Shown here in pieces: positions 10,941 through 20,353 of a stretch of 64,000 nt of DNA; positions within the stretch are counted from its first letter, which is position 1; each line of letters starts with the position of its first letter. Under the pieces are notes generated by a model. That model ran no database searches. It had not been told where the DNA came from and saw only the letters and a program-made list of their open reading frames with translations. This stretch comes from Cyanophora paradoxa CCMP329 (lineage: Eukaryota > Plantae > Glaucophyta), in assembly GCA_004431415.1 (NCBI GenBank), contig QPMI01000507.1, positions 186,001 through 250,000 of the forward strand, written 5' to 3'. The translations under genes and the position numbers were made by a program.

Positions 10941-13782
10941 ACGACGGGAAAGCGCGAGCCGCTCTCGCGCAAGGCCTACTTGATCCGCCTCGCGGGCGGC
11001 GTCTCAGCGCTCGTCGTCGGCGCGCCGTGCCCCGCGCCCTCCGTCTGCAGCTGCTCGCCTCACGCATACGCCGGGTCGCAGGGGCGGCGCTGGCGGTGGT
11101 GCTGGCGGTCGTCGCGGGCGTCGGGGTGCCGGCGGCGGTGCGCGAGGCGATGCTGCGCGAGATCCGCTTCACGGAGAAGGCCGGCAGCGCCTACGAAAGG
11201 TACCGCGCGCCCGTCCACCCCTCTGGCGCGCCTGATGGGCCGGCAGCTGGGCGGAGACGAAGGCAGGGGACGCGCCGGTGTACTTGAAGGTCCGCGCCGG
11301 CGCCGCGGGGCCGGGGCGGCGGGGGCGGACGCGGGCGGGCGGCAGGTGTACGGTTTCAACGTGACGAACGCGGGGGAGGTGCTGGGGGCCGGGGCGCGGC
11401 CGGCGCTGCGGGAGGTGGGCCCCTACGTGTACCGCATGTGGAGCCGCAAGCTCGACGTCCGCTTCGAGGGCGACGCCGTCGCCTACAAGGACTGGACCCG
11501 CTTCGTCTTCGAGCCGTCCCTCTCCGCCGGGCCCGACTCCGACACCGTCACCGGTGCGCGCCCCGCGCCCCGCCCTCGCCCCGGGCCGGCGGCGAGGCCG
11601 GGGGCGGGCAGGGCCGAACATCGCGTACGCGGCGCTGCTCGCGAGCCCGCTGCTCGAGCGCGGCGAGCTCAGCCTCCGCGCCGCCCTCACCGCCGCCGCC
11701 ATCGGCTCCCCGGTCCGCCCGCCCGCCCTCGCCCCGCGCCGCTGCGGGGCCGACGGGGCGGCAGGCGGGGCTCCCGAGCGGGGCGGCGCTGGCGCTCTTC
11801 TTCAACGCGGGGATGGACGCGCAGGCCGCCGCCGCCGCCGCCGCCAACGACACCCGCCTCGCCGCCTGTCCGCCCGCCCGCCCGCCCCGCCGCCCCGCCC
11901 CGCCCCGCCGCCGGCCGACGGGCCCCGCAGTCTTCGCCGCCGCCAAGCTTTCGCCCGCCACCGCCGACGGTGCGCGCCGCCCCCGGCGCGGCGCGGGGCG
12001 CGGGGCGGGGCTGAGGGGCGGGCAGGGGTGGTGGCGGCGCTCGGGGGCAAGGCGGAGGCGTACGGGTGGTTCGACGAGCGGGCGGGGGAGGGGACGCACG
12101 CGGAGTTCGGGCGGGTGCTGGCGGCCCTCAACGCGAGCGCCCCGCAGGCCATCGCCCTCCACGCCTTCTTCCGCGCCATGTACCGCACCCAGGCCCGCCC
12201 CCACGCCCCGCCCCGCCCCGGGCCGCCGCTGACGCCGCCGCAGATCGTGCCGTCGTTCGGGTACCGGGCGCCGGTGGAGGGCCAGATGCTGCTGGTGACG
12301 CGGCCGGTGCGGGAGTGGGTCTTCGGGTACCGGGACCCGCTGCTGGCGGCGGTGCTGGGGCCGTCGCTGGGGGCGGCTGCGGCGGAGGCGGCGGCGTTCG
12401 TGGCGCTGCAGCGCAACGCCTCCGACGAGGCCGCCTTCCGCGCCTCCCCCGACGCCCGCGACGCCGCCTTCGACACCGGCGCCCGCCGTCCGCCCGCCCC
12501 GCCCGCCCGCCCCCGCCCCGCCGGCGCTCACGCCGGGCCGGCAGACGTCGGGCGGGTGCGGCTGATGCGGCGCTTCCGGGGCGGGGAGTGCGTGCCGCAG
12601 GCAGGCGGGGCGTGCGTGCCGGTGGGCGGCCACGCGCTCGGCTCGTTCGCGCCGGAGTGGGCGGCGGAGGGGCGCGGGGCGGCAGCGGAGCGCCTCGCCA
12701 CCTTCGACCCCTTCTACGAGCGCCCCCGCAACTTCTGCCGCGCCGCCGGCGAGGTCCACCCTCCCCGCCCCTCCCCACCCCGCCCCGCCCCGCCCCGCCC
12801 CGCCGACGCCGGCGGCCCGCAGGAGCGGCTGCACGGGATGCTGCCCCTGTACCCCTTCGAGCCGTGCCCCGACGCCGGCCTCTCCCTCCCGTGCGCCCGC
12901 CGCGCCCGTCGCCCGCCGTCGTCGCGCGACGCTGAGGGGCGGGGCAGGGTTGCGGGGCTGGGGGCGGTGCCCGGGGCGGACATGGGCGCCAAGTACGGGG
13001 CGCCGGTGGTCTTCACGGCGCCGCACTTCTGCGGGGCGCCGGCCCTCGCCGCCGCCGTCGCCGGCCTGGCCTGCGAGCCGGGGCGGCACGGGAGCCGCCT
13101 CGGCGTGGAGCCGCGCACGGGCCTGGCGATGGAGGCGCGGCTCGCCGTGCAGGGGAACGTGGCGCTGGTGCGGGCGGCCCTCGCCGCGGATCCCGCGGGG
13201 ACCCTCTCGCCGGCCGCCCTCGAGGCGCTCTTCGGGGCGGCCCCGCGCTCCTCCTCCCCGGCCTCTGGCTCCAGCTCGCCGCCCGCGCCGGCCCCGCGCA
13301 GGCGCCCCCGCCGCCCCGCGCCCCCGCGGCCCCCGCCCCGCGCGGCTGACGGGGCGGCAGGTGGCGGACTTTGTGGCGGCGACGGAGGCGGCGGGGGCGC
13401 TGCAGGCCGGCCTCTACGCCGCCGCCGGCTGCGCGGGGGGCGCCCTCCTCCTCCTCGGCGCCCTCCTCCTCGCTTCCGCCCTCCGCCGGCCCCCGGCGCC
13501 CCGCCCCGCCCCGTCCACCCGCTCGCCCCCGCCAAGGCCCCGCCGGCGGCCGCCGAGGGAGAGCCCGAGGGGCGCGTCGTCGTCCACACGCTCGCCCCGC
13601 CGCAGGGCGCGCCCCGCCCGCCCCCGAAGCTCGTCTCCGTCGCCGGCGCGCCCCCCGCGAAGAGCGCGGGGGAGGGGCCGGGGGAGGCGGAAGGGGCGCG
13701 GCTCTTCGTGCGGGCGCTGGGCCCCGTGGAGGAGGCGGGCCCCGCCGCCCCCGCCGAGCTCACCCTCGCCGACCTCCCCTAG
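10941..13782 (+). pseudogene. CD36/SR-B paralog, copy 2; start codon is ACG
   Basis: Same exons as copy 1, but atgacgggg has become acgacggga at 10941. An in-frame TAG at 10920-10922 excludes an upstream ATG. One C-terminal repeat unit is missing. Confidence 0.7.
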
Positions 13783-14246
13783 GCCCCAGGCGCCGCGGCA
13801 CCCGCCTCTGATCATATAGCTAATGTATCGCTGATCATGAGAGCTCGAGTCTCTAGCTATACATGCAAATATTAATTCTCCCTTGCTGAAATCACTGTGC
13901 GCATGCTGAGTGCCATCCGATGATCTCCCATACATGCTTTCAGCCTTCTCCCTAGGCCTTGAAATTGCATGCATATGCATGCATTCCTTGCATGAAGCTA
14001 GAGCTAGAGCGAGCCGGGCCCGGGGGGATTTATAATTAACTGAGTAGTAAGTAAGCGCCTTTGGGAAACGGGGAGTCGCGGCCCCCAAGTGCAAAAGCGA
14101 TCGCGCCGCGCACTCAATTGTCAATTGGTACGACATGCGCATGCGCATGCATGCGCGCGTCGCTGCGCTTAGATTCATTGCAGAAGTTCGAGGCTCGCAC
14201 CTGAACCTTCGAATTCGATTTCGCGCAGAGCGCCCATCGTCGCGAC

Positions 14247-16149
14247 ATGGACATGTACATTTCTTCCAGCGTCGACGTCCGCGCGCCCGGAGCTGCGGCA
14301 CTCTCAAGCCAGCCGCTCTTTGTGAGCTTTGCGGGAATTTCCGCATGCACAGCGAGCTCCATGCACGTGGGGCCGGCTCGCCCATTTTCCGCTTCGCGAT
14401 CGACGACGACAGCGCCGCGGCCGCAGATGCAGCTCAGTGCGCGCACGGACGTGCGCGCTCACACCGCCAGAACTCGAAGCTTCTCAGGCCTAGGGCTGAA
14501 ACTCTTCGACATCATGATCAATCGCCCAGCGCTAGCATGCGCAGCACCGCTGAAGATTTTCGCGGCTGCCGGCGCTAGCGCTGATGGCTTCGAGATCAAC
14601 CCCTCGAGCCCGCAATCGCCTGATCCAAAGCAGCTGCGGGCGTCGTCGTTTATCGACATCGACGCGGCGGCATTCGCCGCGCCCGTCATGCCGCCGGACG
14701 ACTTCCTGGAATGGCTGCGATGGCTTGCCGCCTTCACGGGCGCGGATGATGTCGACGTCAGCGCCGACCCTGGGCGGTTCGCTGTATTAATCGCAATTAT
14801 GCGATTTTCCCTTGCTTCTGTTTCTAGATCTGAGAAAGGCGAACTTTCGCGCAGGGCCTTCTCGAAGCGGGAAGTGAAGACGCTTCTGCAGCGCGTTGAG
14901 AAGGCTGTCGTCACCAAGCGCATCGAGCAGGCGATCGCGGACACCAGTGAGCGTGAGCACTATTTCATTTCCGCTGATAAGTGAGCGAAGCTTTCGCATT
15001 CAATCATGATCATCGACGTCGGGCAGATCGTGACCAATATATGTTTCGTGACATCCCGAAGCCAGATGCGGAGGATTTCGCGATCCTTGACATCCTGCGC
15101 ATGCGCAAAGGCAAGTTCTCTAGATCTAGATTTCGATCCGGATACGGTATATAACATGCATATATTTATGCGAACGACTTGCATGAATTTGAAATTGTCC
15201 GGCGCAGGACTCGCTTCTGCGACTATAGCTACAGTTTCGGCCCCGGGCTCGAAAGCCGCTGCTGAGATCGAGAGTTCGAAGAAGCCGCCGCTCGCGATCG
15301 GCTTCAGCTTCAGCTGCTCCGTGCAGAACGCGAACCCAATCGCCGACGCCCTCGCCGACGCCGTCGAGCTCCTCGCCCGAGAGGCGGCCCTGGCCCCCGC
15401 GGCCGCGGCCGGCGCCGTCGTTGGCTCCCGCGGGCTCGAAGATCCGGACCTCCCGGGGAGCCTCGAGGCGGAGCTCCGCGCCCTCTACCGCCGCGCCGAT
15501 CTCCTCGCAGCGAGTTTCACACAGGAGGGCCTGCTTCAGCAGCTCCGCCCCAAGCTCTCCTTTGCCAATCGCTACGTCCGCCCTTGTCAAATGTTTCGAA
15601 TTCGATTCTAGATCTCTGCATCCTAGATATCTTCATTCTAGATATCTTCAAAGCCCTGCTCGCAGCTGCAGGGAGACACTCTGCTGATGAGCATAGCCCT
15701 GCTCGCAGGGAGACACTCTTCTGATGAGCTTCAAAGTCGACTTCAATTGCAACAATGACAAGGTGTACTTCTCCAAGCGGGGTAATCAAAAAGACGTCGA
15801 CGGAATTAAAAACTGCTGCGGGCTCGCCGGACTGCGGCTGCAGCTGATGACGGCCCCGCCAGGCGAGGACCGTTTCACGCCCCTCGAGGTGGCTGCCGTG
15901 CTGCGGTTCTACGCCCTCCTCAAGTGCTCCGTGCGCCCGCCTCCAGCTTTAATTTCGCATGCGCAAGCTTCAATTTCGCTCGCCGCCTCGAGCTCCTGCC
16001 GCCGCTCGCGATCGCCTTACATTGCAGCGCGGCAGAAGGATGATGCGGAGGAGGCGGCGGCGATCCGAATCGAGCCGAAGATGCGGGGCCGCCTGCACCC
16101 GGACCTCCGCGCCCTCCTCGACGACCTCAAGCGCGCCCCCGCCGCCTAG
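14247..16149 (+). CDS. Paralog of the unknown gene at 4674-6557
   Basis: ORFs 14247-14984, 15006-15611 and 15724-16149 align with copy 1. Confidence 0.55.
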
Positions 16150-16679
16150 ACCTGCGAATCGCCACTGGCTTCCGGCTGCAGCACCAGCCCACTCGGCAAC
16201 CCTCACTAAGCTGATCCCAAAATTGTAAACAGAAATGATTGAATTCATATATACATTTTCATGTTCTCGTTTAGCAGTCGTTTAACTTGTAACTATCGGT
16301 AGAGAATTGGGAGAGACTCTGAGACTCGGTATATTGCAGAGAAAGCGCGCTTGCATGCGCATCTGCAGGCCCTGCATGCATGATCACAATTGCAAGCATA
16401 TGCGTGAGGCCCAGGAGTAGCTGAAGTTCGATGAGAGGAAGGGAAGAGAATTTGAAAGAAATACAATTCAATTGCAAAGGAGGAGAGGAGGTCTAGCTAT
16501 AGAGGGGAAACCCGAGACGTTCTACTCTCAGCGAGCAAGCGCAGAAAAACAGCTTCGATTTCGATTCTCATACGATACGCCGGTGCGCATGCGCATATGC
16601 GCGTGCGGCATCCGGTCCGCCATTGCGCGCACTTCAATTAAACCATTACCTGGAATCGAAACTTACGCGTCGGACCCCC

Positions 16680-16766
16680 GACACATATGTATAAACTTAT
16701 TTAAATCCCTCCGCTTCGCGCTTCGCGCTTCGCTCCTGGATTTAAATAAGTTTATACATATGTGTC
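16680..16766. repeat. Perfect 29-bp inverted repeat with a 29-nt loop containing (GCTTCGC)x3
   Basis: gacacatatgtataaacttatttaaatcc (16680-16708) is the exact reverse complement of 16738-16766. Confidence 0.97.
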
Positions 16767-17078
16767 AAAATTAATACTAAAATACGTATTTATCGATTAA
16801 ATTCTTTAACTTTTTATGCAAACTTTGTATATATTAATGCAAACTTTGTATTAAAAAAATGAAAAACGCGTTTAACTTTATGCATATTTACGATTGCATC
16901 AATTGATCTTATATCGATTGATTATGTTCTTTGTCGATTACATATAAAACTGCGATTAATTTGCATTAAACTACTTAAAGATCGATATAATCGCGATTAA
17001 ATTGCATAAATTCGCATAAACTCGATATATCTCTCTTGTATTGAAGTAGACCACCGCCCATTCTGTATCGAAAAACGC

Positions 17079-17347
17079 AAAAAGTGTCACAGAGTTGCAT
17101 TGTGTCCAATTGAACAATCGATGAGATTGCTGATTTGCATTTTTGCACCCAAAAACTGTCACAGAGTTGCATTATCTCCAATTAAACAATCGATTATAAT
17201 GGGGATGGGCACTTTTGCACCCAAAAAGTGACACATAGTTGCATGGTCTCCAATTAAACAATCGATGAGATTGCGGATGTATATTTTAGATTGAAAAAAG
17301 TGTCACAGAGTTGCATTATCTCCAATTGAACAATCGATTAGATTGCA
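17079..17347. repeat. 72-bp tandem repeat, about 3.7 copies
   Basis: Units aaaaagtgtcacagagttgcat...ccaatt.aacaatcgat start at 17079, 17151, 17223 and 17295. Confidence 0.93.
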
Positions 17348-17459
17348 TATGTTCTATAAAACAGAATAATTGAGATCAAGTGTGACAGGTAGTATTCAAA
17401 TGATATTCAGTAAGAGATAGTTTTGTTTTTGATAAAGTCAGTAAGAGGGGTGGAATGTC

Positions 17460-17853
17460 TGTGACGCCTGTGACGGCTGTGACGCCTGTTTTCAGAAGTC
17501 TGTCATTTTTGAAAATTTTAAAAAGTTTGAAAGTAGGTGTCACAGGCGTCACAGGCGTCACACTCAATTAAATTAGGTGTCACAGCGAAATTGCAGACGA
17601 TATCCAGTAAGACAACTTCGCATTTTCAAAAAGGTTGATTAATGGATAGTGTTTTGTAGGTGTCAGAGGTGTCACAAGACGGATTTCAGTAAGACAAGAA
17701 TATATTCTCGAAAATCTCAGTAAGAGAAAGAGATTCCATTTTTAATTGGGTGTGACGCCTGTGACGGCTGTGACGGCAGTTTTCAGAAGTCTGTCATTTT
17801 TGAAAATTTTAAAAAGTTTGAAAGTAGGCGTCACAGGCGTCACAGGCGTCACA
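17460..17853. promoter_or_regulatory. Two ~103-bp modules of convergent 9-bp repeats around an AT-rich core (origin-like)
   Basis: (TGTGACGSC)x3, AT-rich spacer, (GGCGTCACA)x3 at 17460-17562 and 17751-17853. The function is inferred. Confidence 0.6.
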
Positions 17854-18050
17854 GTCAATTAAAGAGGCGTCACAGTCAATTAAATAGGTGTCACACCCGA
17901 TTATCTGACCATTTTCAGTAAGACCATCTGAAATTCTGAATTTCTCAGTGTCAACTAACTCGGAAATCGCAATACTCTATGTTTCTCCGATTTCTCCAAC
18001 CCTGAAAACACACCTGTTATTCTCTCATCTATCTCATGAGATACTCTCGT

Positions 18051-18333
18051 TGTCGCATCCGACTTTACAGTGGATGCTCGATTGTGAGCCGCTAGGGCTC
18101 TAGATGATGTATGCAGCCTTCGTGCTGCTAGGCCGACGGCGCCTAGGCTAGTTAGAGCGCCGCGGTCATTTGTATGCATGTGTCGGGGTACGCCGTAGTT
18201 GGACGGGTACACCCTCAGTCTACCATCACGGTGGCTAACAGCAGCAGCACTCGCCAAACCCCGCCCTGCCGAGCTTGCACTCCGCACGGGCTTCTCGCGC
18301 GCACGATTAGACACACTAATCTCGCACGCGACA
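18051..18333 (+). repeat. 5' LTR
   Basis: TG...CA with a 6-bp terminal inverted repeat; matches 23106-23388. Confidence 0.95.
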
Positions 18334-18823
18334 GGCGCCATTCTGCCGGAATCGAACCTTCAAGGGTCTGAGTCCGTATCGCTCTCCCCAGCCCCGCCGC
18401 GCAGCGCGCATCGCTGCGCCGCCTTGCCCAGTGTCTATTGGAGCCAGAGACCTGCTTTCCGCGCGAGCGCCGTCCCCACGGTTGCTTTGCGTTTGAGTGC
18501 GCCGCCCTGTACCGCTTGCGGTTGGACGGTAGTGCACCGGAAACGTCTCTAGTGCCTATCGCGGGCTTCGGGTCATCCCCAGACCGAAGCGCACGCGCCG
18601 AGCTCTCTCTCGAGAGTCTCATCATTGCCTGTCCCATCGCCGGTTGCGAGCAACCGTGCCACGGAGACTGCTGCGAGCAGCTCTCTAAGTGTCCCTGAGT
18701 CGCGCTCTTGCGTGACCGCGAGATCTCCGCGCCGGATTCTGCAGCGAGCTGCAGATCAAATCCCGCGCCTAGTGCTCTCCCTGGCATCTTGTTCTTGCGG
18801 CTTTACGTTGCAAAGAGAACACC

Positions 18824-20353
18824 ATGTCAAACTCTTCTGAACTGATCAGTTCTGAAGTCCGTAGCCGGCTGTCTGCCCTCGCGCACATCGCGCCTGTGCA
18901 TGCCCAGGCTGGTGCTGCTTTGCATGTGCAGCAACTTGCTGCCTCCGCTGCGGCGGACGATGATCCCGTGCGGATCGCGTTCCTGCCTGCGAATCCGCGC
19001 CTCGCCGATGGCGACCGGTTCCGGAAGGATGTGCGGAACTTCCAGTCGGCCCTGCCGACGAAGTACTTGTTTGGCCCGGATTCTGCCGGTGGCCAGGAGT
19101 ACTCAAAGTCGGAGGCACTAGCCGGAGTGATCGTTGGGCGAATCCGCCCCGGCGCTCTCCGCGCTGAGATCGAGCGCAAGCGTGACCTCTATGAGGCCTC
19201 GGTTGCTCTCCTAGAGCGTGACCGCGCCACGCTCGCTCGTCTCGAGCTTGTCCCGGCAAACCTGCGGTCTGCCGAGGATGATGCCAATATTCTCGCTCTG
19301 CAGCAGAGCTGCGTGCGTGATGAGGCCACGATCGTGGCCGTGCGTGACTCGTACTTGCGTGCCCCCGGGCTGCTCGATACGATCACGGCGTGGATTCACA
19401 AGCTGCGCCCACATGCGGCCCGCCGGGCCCTCACTGAGCCCTACACGGGCGAGGACCCCCGCTCGTGGCATGACTGGGTCATGCCCCTTGTGCGGCACAC
19501 ACTGCCGCCGGGCCAGCGGCTCGCTGCGTACTATGCGGATTGCCTGCGCATCGCGCTCGAGGCCCGCTCGACGAGCGAGGACCCGGAATATCAGAACCTT
19601 GAGGTTCGGATGGCCGGCTTCGCCAAAGAGAACGAGCGCACCATGCGCGAGTTCCTCGCTGCGCTGCAGCAGCGCCTCCTTGCCCGTGACGGCGCTGTCT
19701 CGCCGCTCGAGCTTGATGATATTTTCATCGAGCAGTGCACGCGCCACGGCTGCCGCGCCGTGTTCCCGCCTGCACCGGCAGCTGCTGAGCCGCCAGAGGC
19801 AAAACGGACCCGTATCCTGCAGGCAAAGTTTGCCAAGGATGAGTCCTCGAGCTCCCCTGGCCCTGCTGCGCCTCGGGACGCTGACCCCAGGGCCCAGCCC
19901 TCGATCTCTGCACGTGGGTCCTCTTGGGCTGTGCAGTCCCGCTCGCCTGCCGCCGTCGCGGAGGTGCTGCGGCGCATGTCTGAGCTCGGGTACCCCGAGT
20001 ACCCCCCCTCAGACTGCTATGGGTGCTCAGATGACCCTAGCGTCCCCGTTGCGGCGCGGCGTCATTGGGCAAATGTGTGCCCCAAGCGCACCCCATTCGC
20101 CCCAGTACGCCCCTGGGTGCACCGCGGCCAGTACTATCGGCCAAAGCAATCCCAAGAGGATGCTGCCGACGAGCAAGAGTACTGGTCCGACGAGGGAAAA
20201 CAGGACCCAGACGAAGTCTGCGGTCGCTGTGGCGAGGCAGGGCACCACCACAGTGCCTGCTCCGACCCCCCCACACGGGCTGCTCGCCCCGCGCTTCCTG
20301 CGCCCTCAAGCTCGGCGGCTCCAACCGCACGCCCTGCGGCGGAGCGTGAGTGA
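18824..20353 (+). CDS. gag: Gag-like protein with CCHC zinc knuckle
   Basis: 509 aa. CGRCGEAGHHHSAC is CX2CX4HX4C; a second, atypical knuckle CYGC...HWANVC; located after the 5' LTR. Confidence 0.8.
   Translation: MSNSSELISSEVRSRLSALAHIAPVHAQAGAALHVQQLAASAAADDDPVRIAFLPANPRLADGDRFRKDVRNFQSALPTKYLFGPDSAGGQEYSKSEALAGVIVGRIRPGALRAEIERKRDLYEASVALLERDRATLARLELVPANLRSAEDDANILALQQSCVRDEATIVAVRDSYLRAPGLLDTITAWIHKLRPHAARRALTEPYTGEDPRSWHDWVMPLVRHTLPPGQRLAAYYADCLRIALEARSTSEDPEYQNLEVRMAGFAKENERTMREFLAALQQRLLARDGAVSPLELDDIFIEQCTRHGCRAVFPPAPAAAEPPEAKRTRILQAKFAKDESSSSPGPAAPRDADPRAQPSISARGSSWAVQSRSPAAVAEVLRRMSELGYPEYPPSDCYGCSDDPSVPVAARRHWANVCPKRTPFAPVRPWVHRGQYYRPKQSQEDAADEQEYWSDEGKQDPDEVCGRCGEAGHHHSACSDPPTRAARPALPAPSSSAAPTARPAAERE

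Larger units (their letters stand above)
10730..16465 (+). repeat. Segmental duplication, copy 2
   Basis: Direct repeat of 1070-6965, offset about 9.6 kb. Confidence 0.92.

Noticed and set aside
1432-14385. Many long Pro/Arg/Gly/Ala-rich ORFs on both strands (up to 742 aa)
   Set aside because: They are by-products of extreme GC content and read-through of stop-free introns in the CD36 genes.
17079-17347. CRISPR-like array
   Set aside because: The variable parts are homologous to each other, there are no cas genes and the context is eukaryotic. It is a tandem repeat.
17376-17567. VTPVTP ORF, and similarly the IIPQ/GAFN ORFs at 32497-32864
   Set aside because: They are translations of 9-bp and 12-bp DNA repeats.
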